64,000 bases of DNA, taken from Malacoraja senta (taxonomy: Eukaryota). The DNA is taken from positions 1-64,000 of the forward strand of contig JAXLNO010000573.1 of the NCBI GenBank assembly GCA_038087875.1, in the 5' to 3' direction. Positions 25,916-38,960 of this stretch are shown one piece after another (position 1 is the first letter of the stretch; each line of letters begins with the position of its first letter). The translations under genes and the position numbers were made by a program. The notes beneath the pieces were generated by a model. The model worked only from the letters and a program-made list of their open reading frames with translations, made no database searches and was not told where the DNA came from.

Positions 25916-26691
25916 CATTTTGGAATGCCTGACTGGCCTACGCAGCCATGATTTCCACTCATGTTGGGAATTAGAACAGAGCCTTTTATGGCTGTTCCCA
26001 TATGCAGAAAATCTGCTGGTTCACCCCGTGACTGGGGAGGACCATCCACTGCATGATCGAATCAAATCTTTGATTCAGAGTCTGAGAAGACCTTACCTAG
26101 GGCTCGGACTGTCTGGTCATACGTTGGTCATGATCACTGAGGCCTGGAGAGATAGTATCAAGAAATTGTACATCCCCCATATCATTAGTGGGAAGTGTTC
26201 TGTTTACAGTCAAACATACATATGACATGACACGTATAACAGATATTTTTGCAATTCCTCTCGAAACTAATTTTTCCAAGGATAGAGTTTGTGCCAGTAG
26301 TGCCTTGTCGTCATACTTGTTGCTGGGATTGGGACATCACTCTGTCGGATCTCACCCACTGATGGCCAGATTTATGAAAGGTATCTTCAACTCAAAATCT
26401 CCCAGGCCCAGGGACTCAGAGATATGGGATGTTGACATTGTGCTGACGCTGCTTCACCGATGAGCTCCAACTACATCCCTGTCCTTGGTCAAACTCAGTT
26501 ACAAAGAGGTTATGCTCATGGCGCTGGTTACAGCGCAACGGATCCAGTTGTTGCATAAGCTACGGCTGGACAAGATGGTTACATCTGTAGACTATAACAT
26601 TTTATGTTATGACTTAGCTAGCAGAGCAGACCAGAGGCATCAGGTTTCAAACTAGAGGTCTTTCGGTTGTGTGTTATCACACATCTACAAC

Positions 26692-28630
26692 TTTTTTATT
26701 TTATTTTTTAAATATTTTTATTTTATTAGAAGTAAGTACAATTGTATACAATCATATTTTCATAATACATTTTATGTACAGCTTCTTATTTTTTTATTAT
26801 AATAAAAAAGAAAAAGAAATTAGATAATGAAGTATAGAAAAATATGAGATATATGACTGTGGAAAAGAAAAATAGAAAGTGAAAGAAGAAAGTTAAAGAA
26901 TAGAAAATAGGAAAAAGAGAATAAAGGGAAGAAAAAGAAAAAAGAAGTAAGGAGATCTTATTTATAATCTTGACCATCCCTCGCCCAGTCACGAGTTAGC
27001 TTTTACAATTGTGTTGCACCATATGATTTCAAAAAGACGACAAATGGAGACCAACTCGTTATGAATTGGTCAAATTTATCTATTAGGAGGAATCACATTT
27101 CCTCAAGATGTGCGGTGTCCAACATACTTGCAATCCACATTTTGAGCGTTGGTATTGGTGTATTTTTCCAAAATGTAAGTATTAATTTTTTTGCTATTAT
27201 TAAACCATAATTAAAAAATAATTTTTGAGATGGATTCAATTTATTCCCCTCTTCCATTACCCCAAATATAATCAATTCATTATTAGGTTCCATTTTTATC
27301 TTAAATAATTTTGTGAATATTTCAAAAATATCACTCCAAAATCTATAACGTTTTATACAGGAAACAAAAGAGTGTGTTATAGTTGCATCTTGGGTTAAAC
27401 ATTTATCGCAAGTGGGGGATATATTTGGGTAGAATTTATTTAATCTTGTTTTTGAGTAATATAATCTATGTAAAATGTTAAATTGAATTAGATTATGTCT
27501 TGCATTAATCGAACATTTGTGAATGTATGTCAAATACTTTTCCGATGTAACCTTCATAATTTTATCATTAATTCCTGTTCCCACTCTTCTCTAAGTACCT
27601 CTGTCACTGGTAAATCTATATTTAAAATACTATTATATAAATATGATATTAATTTTTGTGTATCAGCTTTAATATTCATTGCTTCTTCCAATAAATCAGG
27701 AGTTATTTTTTGATATCCTTGTATGTAAGTCTTCAAGAAATCACAAATCTGAAGATATTTAAAATAATGATTGTTTTTCAATTTAAATTTTAATTGTAAG
27801 TGTTGAAATGATAGTAAACCTCCCATTTCATACATATCCCCGATCCTTTTAATTCCTAAACTTTCCCATTGATTATATATTTTGTCCATAAGAGATGGTT
27901 TAAATAAAGGATTATTCGCTATTGGTGTTAACAATGATAGGTTTCTTAATTTTAAGGATAATTTTATTTGTTTCCATATTCTTATTTTATCCTGTATAAT
28001 TGGGTTCTTCTTATATATTGTATTTTTCATTTTTTTCAGGGAGAAGAGGATCGTTCCTATATTACAAGGAAAACGATCCTCTTTCTCCATTTTTATCCAT
28101 TCTGTCTGTTGGGTAGAACTATCCAACCAGTAAATTATATTCTTAATATGTATTGCCCAATGATAATACAGAAAATTCGGGAGTGAAAGTCCCCCGACAT
28201 CTTTTGGTTTACATAAGTGTTCTTTTTTAATTCTATGTGATTTATAATCCCAAACAAAATTAGTAATATTAGAGTTTAATTTAAAAAATATATATTTTGG
28301 TACATATACTGGTATAGACTGAAATCAGTATAATAACTGTGGTAGAAAGATCATTTTTATTGCATTTATTCTACCTATTAATGATAAAGGAAGTGTTTTC
28401 CAAAATTTAATCATTATATTAAGTTTGTTTATTAAAGGTATAAAATTGGCATTGAATAAAGCTTTATGTTTTCTATTAATCTGAATACCCAGATATTTAA
28501 ATTTTTCTGTTGCTATTTTAAAGGGGAACTTCAGTAAGTGTGTAGATTCTTGAGGTTTTAACGTCATGATTTCACTTTTGTTCCAATTTATTCTATATCC
28601 AGAAAAGGACCCAAATTCCTCTATTAAGTT
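26692..28630 (-). mobile_element. 5'-truncated L1-clade LINE (L1-c), same family as L1-b
   Basis: Minus ORFs 28325-28654, 27554-28126 and 27093-27584 are nearly identical to ORF 18754..20445. T-rich tail at 26692; TACAAC at 26686-26691 and 28630-28635. Confidence 0.94.
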
Positions 28631-30009
28631 ACAACAGTTTGTTAAGGTCACCAAGAACCTTAGAGGCTCTGAACTAGCTATGTTTGTTAGTTACATAAAA
28701 CCTCATAAAAAGGTATCAGTACAGACCACCTCCAGGTGGTTAAGACTGGGTCTGGCTTGTGCAAGAGTGATCACTGGCAATCTCACTCCACCAGGGCTGC
28801 AACAACATCAGCTGCTAGGGTTATGGACGTTCCGCTGGACCACATCATAGCGGCTGCAGGATGGTCTAACGAACAAACCTTTCCCATCATCTGACAACTA
28901 ACCCATTGCCAGACCGAGGGTATTTGCCACCCTATTTTAGGTTCTGTTTTATAGTTTCCTCCTGGATGAAAGGGGTTACTATTATTATTATTTGTTATTT
29001 AAAAACATCAGCATGTTTCAATTTATGTCATGTCTGAATGCTTTTTTAATGTTCAATCATCTGTGGTCAACTGATGCAGTTGTGTTCACGGCATGAAATC
29101 ACAGAGCTTTAAAATCTTCACGTAGACACTCACGTGACTCCGAAGTAAAATAGTAAGATTAAAGGAGAACTTACCAGTTTGATGTTTGATCTTTATTTTA
29201 TGAGGAGTTACGATGAGCGATTACGTGCCCTCCGCTCCCGACCCTTGTATCATAAAGATCATCTGCTAGCTCTAGTCTTCTCTAAATCTTACTATGTTCA
29301 GTTCAATAACTGTTATCTGTGATTTCACACTGCTGCTTTGAAGATTGACGTGCATGCGAGCTGACGGCCTTCTTCACGTAATCGCTCATCGTAACTCCTC
29401 ATAAAATAAACATCAAACTTCAAACGTAAGTTCTCGTTTAATCTTACTATTTTCACATATTTACTTACAATTAGCGAAGTAGCTAGATCTATCGTGAAAG
29501 TCTGGTCATGCTGGATCTCACAGAGGATCTCCCAATTTCTCCAAACATTCGTATGTTTGCCTCGATCATCTCACCTCGGCAATGGTGAATTATATCCAAT
29601 TTCACCACTTTTCCATGGCACCACACCACAGTGGTGATGAAAATGATAAATGTGAATCTTAAAAGACCCTCTATTCCACACGCTGTGGCGTCTTCCTTCC
29701 TTATGTTCTCTTCACCTGTGACAAGTGCAGATGGCATGCCATGAGTAATTAAACACAATAGTATTTCAGAGTACTGACTTTGCAGGACATGCTGTGTTTA
29801 AACATTTGGCAACTCCTTGCAGACTGTGATAGTCAGCAGAAAAAGCACTTCTGTCATCACATGCAAACATAATGGGTCCATGCACACAAGTACTGGGTAT
29901 CTGCAGGAAATTTCTAACTATATTTTTCTGATTAGTTTGATTATAAATCTGATCCCTTTCACAGCTGGATAATTTCCCTCAGTAACATCAGCTGATGATG
30001 TCATTTATG

Positions 30010-30370
30010 AATAATGAAAGGTCCAGATAGAGTGGATGAGGAGATGATGTTTCCAGTAGTGGGACAGTCTAGGACCAGAGTCCACAGGCTCAGAATAAAA
30101 GGACGTACCTTGAGAATGGAGATGAGGAGGAATTTATTTAGTCAGTGGGTGGTGAATCTATGGAATTCATTTCCACAGGCGGCTGTGGAGGCCAAGCTAT
30201 TGGGTATTTTTAAAGCAGAGATTGATGGGTTCTTAATTAGTAAGGGCATCTAAGGTTATGGAGAGAAGGCAGGAGTATGGGGTTTAGAGGGAAAAATTGA
30301 TTACCCATGATTGAATGGCAGAGCAGACTCGATGGGTCAAATAGCCTAATTCCGTGCCTGTGTCTTATGA
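30010..30370 (+). mobile_element. CR1 LINE 3' fragment
   Basis: SRTRVHRLRIKG, FSQWVVNLWNS; CR1-type 3' UTR. Confidence 0.85.
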
Positions 30371-31239
30371 TTTTATAAATTTCTCCTTCACCCATCAAAT
30401 ATAAATGCCAAGCAAATCATCCTCACATACATTGCTGTACTAAGCCTGTGTTGCATGGAGGAGAACCTATGGCTATCCCTACTGCTGCATCTGGGCTACA
30501 GTGTTCAATCAAGGTTTGAGCATACGTCACTTTGCTATTTACCCTTAACTGCTGCCATCCAGCACGTGCCAATGAAATTGCCATTTGGGGACTGAGACCT
30601 GGATCTGTTCATAGTTACATATTATGACCATTGATGGGGATCACCCTCCCACCAGTGTAATGACGGAACCCGGACGTGGCGCCGACAGACAAGAAGCTGA
30701 AGCAAAGAAGTCGAAGCCAAAGAATGGAATGGAAACAGGGCCGAAACGCCAATAAACCGAAAGAGTCCGAAGACAAAACGTCTACTAACCGAAAGGATGG
30801 GATGCCTAAATGCAAACTAACCGAAAGTGTGGGACGCCTAAATCCCAAGGAACCAAAAAGCTGCATCGCCTAAAAGCAAACTTACCGAATGGCTGCTCTG
30901 TCGAAACACCACCTACCCGAAAGGCGGCATCGCCTACAGGCCAAAGGACCGACTGCCGTTCAACAGAAAAGTCCAATAACGGACTTGATGTTGCCAGGGG
31001 GCGGAACTTGTCAGCGATTGGTCCAGACCCCCGCGTCCATCACATCACTGTGAAGGCATGAACAGTGTCCCAAACCTCCGCTCCACCCGACCCGCAGCCC
31101 GCGGAGGGTGGCCGTGGGAGAGTGGGGGCTGTCCCGCGCCTTTCAACTTGGTGCTTGGGTTCAGATTGCCCAGTCACCTATGGCTTGTGTGGGAAAATGA
31201 ACCTCACGCTCTCCTCTTCTCTCTCTCTCCCCCTCCTTA

Positions 31240-31700
31240 TGTACCCTGGGATGCAGACCATCAGGCCCTGGGGATTTATCAGCCTTTAGTCCCATCAGTC
31301 TACCCAACACCATTTCCTGCCTAATGTGGATTTCCTTCAGTTCTTCCGTCACCCCAGATCCTCTGGCCACTAGTATATCAGGAAGATTGTTTGTGTTCTC
31401 CTTAATGAAGACGGATCCAAAGTACCTGTTCAATTCATCTGCCATTTCCTTGGTCCTCATAATAAATTCACCTTTTTCTGTCTTCAAGGGTCCAACTTTG
31501 GTCTTAACTAATTTTTTCCTCTTCACATACCTAAATAAGCTTTTACTATCCTCCTTTATATTCTTAGCTAGCTTACCTCTGTACTTCATCTTTTCTCCCC
31601 ACATTGCCTTTTCAGTTATCTTCTGTTGCTCTTTAAACATTACCCAAACCTCTTGCTTCCTGCTCATCTTTGCTACGTTGTACTTCTCATTTATTTTTAT
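31240..31700 (-). mobile_element. CR1 LINE internal ORF2 fragment
   Basis: NIKEDSKSLFRYVKRK, MADELNRYFGSVF, DKSPGPDGLHPRV. Confidence 0.88.
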
Positions 31701-31995
31701 TTTTATTTTTATTTTTTCATTGATGTCACAGTCTTACTGTGATATCAATGTCTTACCTGCCAGCCCCAGTTTTCAATGGTCAGAATAATGTAATCTGTCA
31801 GTGAGGCCCCGTCACTGTTTGCAGCAATCGTAGAGTCATAGAGTTAGACAGGATGGAAAAAGAACCTTCGGCCCAACTTTTCAATGTCGACCAAGATGTC
31901 TCATCCATGCAGGTCTCCCCTGCCCAAGTTTGGTCCACATCTCTCTAAACTTTTCCAATCCATGTATCTGTCCAAATTTCTTAGAAATGTTATTA

Positions 31996-32558
31996 AAACC
32001 ATCAGTGAAGCCCTTGGGATCACAGTGAGACCTTGCCCGCTTGTAGCTGTATTTGGTGTAGCAGATAAAACCTTGGGTTTAAATACAACTCAGTCTGATA
32101 TCATTACTTTTACATCACTTTTGGCCCGTAGGAGAATCTTGCTGGTCTGGAAATCTATCACTCCTCCATCTGCTGCTGGTTGGCTGGAAGACGTGATTTT
32201 TTTTTAAGGCTAGAAAAGATTACATTCACATTGAGGGGGTCTGTGAAAAGTTTTATTTGAAATGGGAACCCTTTTTATCATACTTTGAGGGTCTAAAGGA
32301 ACTACCTATTGACTGAGGGCACTTGACAGTAAGTGGGGAGCCGCCTTTATTCTGTTTTGTTACTTTATTATTGTTAAAATGTGCATTTTTATTTGTGATT
32401 TATTTGTATTGTGAAAACATTAGCTGCCAAGGGGTGTTTAGGGCGGGTGGGTAAGGGTTATTTTGTTATTATATATAAAAAACAAAATGGAGGGGAATGT
32501 AATGCAATACGTCAGATGGACTAATTTTTTTTCCTCCAACAAAAATAAATTAAATACA
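31996..32558 (+). mobile_element. L1/Tx1-clade LINE 3' fragment inserted into a minus-strand CR1 tail (31835-31995)
   Basis: LARRRILLVWKSITPPS...WLEDV; A-rich tail. 13 bp TSD AGAAATGTTATTA at 31983-31995 and 32559-32571. Confidence 0.85.
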
Positions 32559-32589
32559 AGAAATGTTATTATTATATCTGCTTCAACAA

Positions 32590-33200
32590 GCTCCTCTGGC
32601 AAACGCCTGCAATTTCTTCACTAGCTTCTCACTGTGTCCTCGGATAAATCTGATCATGTCTTTTTTGTCTAGCTTCATACGCCTTAGGATGTCCATCATC
32701 TGCTTGACCATAATACGGACTATTCTCATGACATCTCCATTAACTGACCCAAGTTTTTCAGTATTTATGTCTTTCTCCAGGTAAACACATAGGAGAAAAA
32801 CTAATTGAGGACCATGTCCATTTCTTGCAGCTCCACACAGAGATTCATGTTTTGGTTTCTGAGGAGCCCCATTTCCTCTCTAGTTATCTTCTTTCCCTTC
32901 ATGTATAAATTATGTATAAATGCTTTCCATGGACCATTGATCATCCCAGATTTCCAACAAACATGGTGCCATCAATGGCATGGGATGCCAGCAGTGTAAA
33001 CCATCTCATATGGGTTGCCCAGACACACAGAGACATCATATCCCCTGTTGTCTCACCTCCATGGTAACATTTCTACAGAAGATCTGCCATTGCCTTGGGG
33101 AGAACACTTTATGTCCAGGTGCTCTTCCCAGTGATCAGCGTGACAATGACATGGCTTTATAAGCGATGAGCTATTGCCGACAATAGGTTGAGACGTTCCT
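32590..33200 (-). mobile_element. Old degenerate CR1 ORF2 fragment
   Basis: Minus strand resembles the CR1 'MKVDKSPGPDQIYPR..EAREEIAG' region, with frameshifts. Confidence 0.5.
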
Positions 33201-33678
33201 TCTTCTTAGTGGTGCATTAGGCTGGTTTATTACATTGCACCTTCCAGCAAATTATTGTTGTACTGAATCTTGTGATGTGTTGGTGCAAAATGCAATCACT
33301 CCATTACAATCTGTGAAACTGGTAGAATGTAAAATGATTCTTTTTTTTAACAGCCAATCGGCGCTGTTGGTTAATATTCAATGTTGTAACGCTGACTGAT
33401 TGCAAAATCCCACCAGTTGCTGGACTTCCTGAAAACAGATTTTCTTATGATGTTTTATCATTTTAGATTAGAGAAGATTTCACTTTCTTGATCCCCGCAT
33501 ACAAGGAAGTGAAAAACAAACATGTTCGCAAACATTTTCTTACTCTTCAGATTCATTTAACACAGGTGACTCGCACTAGGTGAGGGGTTGAGCTCCTAAA
33601 AATGGTCTGTGCCGTGATTCTCAATAAATGAAACAGTAGCATGCCCCAAGAAACAGGAGTGGAAAAATAGGTTTATTT

Positions 33679-33866
33679 TTTGTGTAGGAAAGAACTGATT
33701 TAAATCGAATGTAGACACAAAATGCTGGAGTAACTCAGCGGGACAGGCAGCATCTCTGGAGAGAAGGAATGGGTGAAGAAGGGTCTCGACCTGAAACGTC
33801 ACCCATTCCTTCTCTCCAGAGATGCTGTTTGTCCCGCTGAGTTACTCCAGCATTTAGTGCCTACAT
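33679..33866. mobile_element. Palindromic Penelope-terminal-repeat derivative with hammerhead remnant
   Basis: Inverted arms ~33708-33776 and ~33799-33867; 11 bp TSD TAGGTTTATTT at 33668-33678 and 33867-33877. Confidence 0.85.
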
Positions 33867-35402
33867 TAGGTTTATTTATTAATGTTTTTTCACAGAAATT
33901 ATGAGAGCAAATGTTATCGTTTATTTCAAATTTTCAGCGTGATGATTTTTTAATTTTGTAAGGATGAACTTTCGCTATTCGAATGGGGTCACTTGCACCC
34001 TTTATCATTCAATATTTTTGAACACTAAATATTACATTGCATGATTCATGCAGTGAACAAGTGTAGGATTCAGTTATTTGAGCAGTGTATAAAAAATCTA
34101 TATTTTATTTAATATTTTTTTAAGTTGAGAAATTCTTAACTTACCAAAATTGCTCTAAAGAATGTCTTGAGTTTTGCTGCTTCTTTCAGTGTAGACTTGC
34201 TCTTTATTTTCGCCTTAAAACTAATTTTCAGAGTGGACAAATGTGTTGGTGAGAACCACATAGGTAAGAGATGACCTGACTGTATTGTAAATTACCTGAT
34301 CTCTGTCATCCAACTAAAAGATCAATTTGTCTCTTCCAGAAATGGTATAACATGCTTCTTACTAAATATAATTTACTAAGACTAAGATTGAGTGGCCTTT
34401 GCGTTTCACCTTATGATATAAAGCCAGAGATTTATAAGAAATAGAAGCAACACAAGAATTGTGAGCACATAAAACATTCCTGCTTCAGTATTTATCAGTT
34501 TTTAACCACTGGATACAATGCTCCCAGCAATCAATTATTGTTTACTGCTGGGGGTTGAAGCTACACTGACAAAACCACGGACCAATTTTACTACCTTTTA
34601 TTTATTCTTTTATTTTCATGGTTCACTATTATCTAAGTCTTTAATCTCATCTTTCAAAATGTTTATATAATTTACCTTTAGATAGAATCAAATGAATATA
34701 ATTTACTGCATTCTGTTTGCAGCTGAAGGACTGTGGAACTGATCTGAGCCATTAATTCAAATATTTGCTTCTAAGAAAGTAATTAACCTCTTTTGTCTTC
34801 ATATCTTACCCGAAAGAGAGATTACCCTTTGCGTGTCCAGCCTGAGGTGTAATTTAAAACTGTCAGCAGGGAAAGCCTTATAGAAATATATTTGTGATTA
34901 CAGCCCTCTGAAGAAGTGTAATGTAGTTAACTGTAAGGAGAATGCTGAAATTTCTCCAAAGGAAGTACAAAAACGTCAATGAAAGCAAGGTCGAGAGGGT
35001 TATAAAAGGAGCAACCAGTTTACTATTCCCTGGTTTACACTTTGGGCACAATTAAATTTTGCTTCCACAGAAACAACCCACTGTCCATCAATCCTACATC
35101 AACTCACTGAAAGAAATATCCAAAATGATCCAGTTTTCCCATAAACGTGCTACTTTTTCATGTATATCTCCAATTACCTATATCAATTTAGATGCTCAAT
35201 CAATGCAATCCAGGTGATTACAACAAGCTATACAAAAAAAATCAAATTTCTCCTCTCATAAATAATTGCCATTTATCTCACCAATTTACTTCATAGATTT
35301 AAACAACTCCTGCCTCTTATTTTTTTTAAGGAAAGTCCAGTGTCCCTATTTTATTCCTCAGATAAGTCCCTCGTTCTTGATTTTAATCTCGTAAAGCCTT
35401 AA

Positions 35403-36099
35403 GGGCCTGTCCCACTTACACGTCCTTGGCTCGCAAATTACGCGACCTCGTGGTTGCTTGAGGCGTACGGACGCCGTTTGGCCGCACAGGGCCGGTCCCA
35501 CTTAGAAGCGCGGAGGGGTATGGAGTTGTGCGGGGCCGGTCCCGACATCGCGCGGGGCTCCGAAATTCTTGCAGTGAACAAAATCTTTGCGCGCCAACGG
35601 CCTGTCGCGGAACTGACGGCCAAAGTGGGACAGGCCCAAGACCCTGGTGCGACACAACGTCTCACCTTCAACAGCAGCAGAAGCAGGCAAATGATCGCTG
35701 AACTCGGCCTAGGGCTCACGGCCATTGAGGTCCGGATCCGTCCCCACTTCTACTTCCAGAGCGGGGCCAAGAAAATTGAAGATAGACACAAAATGCAGGA
35801 GTAACTCAGTGGGACCGGCAGCATCTCTGGAGAGAAGCAATGGGTGACGTTTCGGGTCAAGACCCTTTTCAGACTGAAGAAGAGTCTCGACACGAAACAT
35901 CACCCATTGTTTCTCTCCAGAGATGCTGCCGGTCCCGCTGAGTTACTCCAGCTTTGTGTCCATCTTCAAATGACGTCACTCGCTCCAGACGGCTGTGTAC
36001 GTATGTAATCGCACCCGACCTTCGCTCGACCGTCTCCGCTCAATGCGACCACGAGGTCACGTAATTTGCATGCCAAGGACACGTAAGTGGGACAGGCCC
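35403..36099. mobile_element. MITE with ~60 bp TIRs (GGGCCTGTCCCACTTAC...), TTAA on both sides (Harbinger- or Kolobok/piggyBac-type target)
   Basis: TIRs at ~35403-35463 and ~36040-36099; TTAA at 35399-35402 and 36100-36103. Confidence 0.88.
35776..35969. mobile_element. Near-perfect palindrome of two head-to-head Penelope terminal repeats nested in the MITE
   Basis: ~95 bp arms centred near 35872, with a hammerhead-like motif on each strand. Confidence 0.88.
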
Positions 36100-36116
36100 T
36101 TAAGCCTCAAATCCCT

Positions 36117-36390
36117 AAGCCCCTGTCCCACTGTACGAGGTAATTCAAGAGTTCTCCCGAGTTTTCCCCTGATCCGAACTCGGAGAATGTCCGTAGCGGG
36201 TCCGTAGGAGTTCGTGGATGTCTCGTAGCGGCTCGTAATGCTAACGGTAGGTACTCGGGACATCCGGTAAATCATGACTTTTTTTCATCCCTGCAAAAAA
36301 TATCCATCAGTAAAAAAATATTCGTGATGAAAAAAATTGTTACTTTTTATACCTACCATTAGCATTACGAGCCGCTACGAGACATTCCAA
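36117..36390. mobile_element. Truncated related MITE with internal 36 bp inverted repeat
   Basis: Starts AAGCCCCTGTCCCACT, like the adjacent TIR; 36218-36253 is inverted at ~36350-36385. Confidence 0.6.
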
Positions 36391-38312
36391 CTACCAAATG
36401 TGACCATTTCAATGCTCATCTGACCTCCTTCACATCTGCCACCCTCTATATTCTTCAACACATCCTATTACCTGAATCCCAAAATACACCAAGGATAGAT
36501 GACAGTATTTTGGATGGACAAAGGCCATTGACGGGATGGTAATACTGAAGAAAACAATGGAAAGATGCTTCTTTTCATGGATAATTGTTGAGAAACAGAG
36601 TTTTGACATGCTCTTGCATTATTCAAGATGATCTTGATATGACTGAGTCAGTTCTGATAGTGGATAAACCTGTCAGACATACATCAGACTGCCACAAATG
36701 TTAGCCCCCTTGTATTAGCAGGAACAAGAATAAGAGTTAGTTATATCAGAGAGAATAACAGAATGGGCAACAGGGACAAATTTCCCACGGAAGGAGATAA
36801 AGATTTAAAATTTGAGAGACTGACTGCCACATTGTCAACTGGAAAGCTATTCCCTTGAACAGAGGGCCAAAGGTTATGCAGTTGTGCATTTAAGAAAGGA
36901 ATCGTAAGTGATTTGAAACACTTTCAGTGCGTGAGGAAAAAATAAGCGATGCATTTGCTATTTAGCCTTAAACACTCTGTTTATGGTGAGGGCTGGATAC
37001 GCTGCACTTAGGAGACAGGGAAAACCTTTTCTGGATCCTCCATTGAGCCTTCTGTGAGATTCAACAAACCAGTTGAGCCTGCAATGACACATCCTGGCAA
37101 ATGCATCAAATAGCCAGAAGAGACAGATTATGCCACTTTGACATTGCAGGCATCATTACAGACATTTATGGAGGGGGTAAATCTTGCTTGCTGCATGATT
37201 GCTATTAGAAATGTCCGAGTCAGTTTGTAATTTGAAAACATCAAGGTGCTTAGCTACGCGGTGACTCAGTATGTGCAATTGAGCTGAGCACAGATGGCAA
37301 AACAGATTGGCTGGCGTGTAGATCTGCTCCCAACCTTGATACCTTCCTTTCAACTGCACAATGTTCCTTGGTGCTCTCTCAATGCCCTTGAAGGCTTTGA
37401 TTGAAAGGGTTTTGATGCACCCGATAAAAGGTGTGTTAAATCCTTTAGATACCTGACAACCAGTCATGTTGAGGTATGTGAATAAAACATTTGTGTATAC
37501 TGATCATTGAAATTTCACATAATAATCTAATTCACGTAATTACTCTCATAATGTTCATTTTCTTAATGTTCAGAAGCATGCAAGCATTTTGCAACGTATT
37601 TTGATTTGAAGATTGAAAAAATGATAGGTCTCTATAGAAAATAATCACAGATAAACCAATTAAGTTTTTATTGAAAACAAATGTTGTTTAATTTGTGAAC
37701 AATTTACCGTATACAGAATTTTTTTTTTTTTTCAGAACAGGCTTCTTCCTATCTGTGCTAAGTTTTCATTCCCAGCTCACATGTAAGTTCAATCCTTTGA
37801 CATATCTCCATGTATGTTTTCACGTGGCGTTTAATTGTCAACATCATTGGCATGGTAAATTTCCTAGACAACGTTGAAACTCAACAGTAGACCATGGATC
37901 AGTGGAAGCCAATTTACTTCTGTGAAGGGCATTGTCGAACCAATTGTATTTTGAAGTTTATTCAGTAACTCTCATGCCATTTTTTCCTGTGTTCCAGTGA
38001 TCATGTTTTTCCCAAATGCAACCACATTTAGAAGGAGTGGAGAATACCACATTGGTGGTCAGCAGTCTGCACCCTATTAATAATATAAATAAACATTCTT
38101 CTTCCACCTTTCCCCTGCCACTCCAAAAATGACTTAAATTGCTGATGAACCTGTGCAATTCTTTCTCCCACCTCCTAGTTTGTTTTCAAAGATAAATAGT
38201 CAACTTTGTGATTTTCTGCTGTCCATAGCCCAGGTGGAGCTGGTGGGGTATTGAGGTGTAAACGGCAAGAGATGGAAGAGTGTAGGAAGGAACAGCAGAA
38301 GTTCGTTTAAAC

Positions 38313-38960
38313 CGAAGATAGTCACAGAAAACTGGAGTAACTCAGCGGGACAGGCAGCATCTCTGGAGAGAAGGAATGGGAGCCATTTTGGGTCGAGACC
38401 CTTCTTCAGACTAGTCGGGGGAAGGGAAATGAGAGATATAGACAGTGATGTTGAGATATCGAACAAATGAATGAAAAATATGCAAAAAAGTAACGATGAT
38501 AAAGGAAACAAGCCATTGTTAGCGGTTTGCTAGGTGAGAACAGGAACCGGGTGCGACTTGGGTCGGGGAGGGATGGAGAGAGAGAGGGTGCAGGGGTTAC
38601 TTGAAGCTAGAAAATCAATATTCATACCACTGGGTTGTAAGCTGCCCAAGCAAAATTTGAGTGCTGTTCTTCCAATTTGCAATTAGCCTCACTAATGATA
38701 TTTCGTTCAAGCCTAGGTTTGAATGACAATAAATAGCATTCTATTCTAAATGGCCTGCTTCCTTTATCATCGTTAAATATGCATTTTTTGCATATCTTTC
38801 ATTCATTTGTTCTATATCTCTCTACATCTCTGTCAATATCTCTCATTTCCCTTTCCGCTGACTAGTCTGAAGAAGGGTCTCGACCCAAATCATCACCCAT
38901 TCCTTCTCTCCAGAGATGCTGCCTGTCCCGCTGAGTTACTCCAGCATTTTGTGTTCATCT
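38313..38960. mobile_element. Penelope-like 3' fragment with ~200 bp inverted terminal repeats
   Basis: 38313-38515 is inverted at 38750-38960. 38590-38695 is the end of a GIY-YIG-like ORF on the minus strand. Confidence 0.8.

Larger units (their letters stand above)
20994..29452 (+). mobile_element. DIRS1-type element, copy C (coding-dead), interrupted by Penelope-like and L1 insertions
   Basis: Intact 5' terminus, ICR 29116-29227, 3' terminus ...AATCTTACTATTT. YR remnants: KPHKKVSVQTTSRWL and HSTRAATTSAA (~28785). Confidence 0.9.

Noticed and set aside
30677..30695. TGGCGCC as a tRNA-Lys primer-binding site
   Set aside because: The match stops after about 7 nt and no LTR end (CA) precedes it.
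37156..37467. 103 aa minus ORF (also 40382-40617 and 29489-29758) as host exons
   Set aside because: No recognisable domain or convincing splice context. Small host exons elsewhere cannot be excluded by eye.
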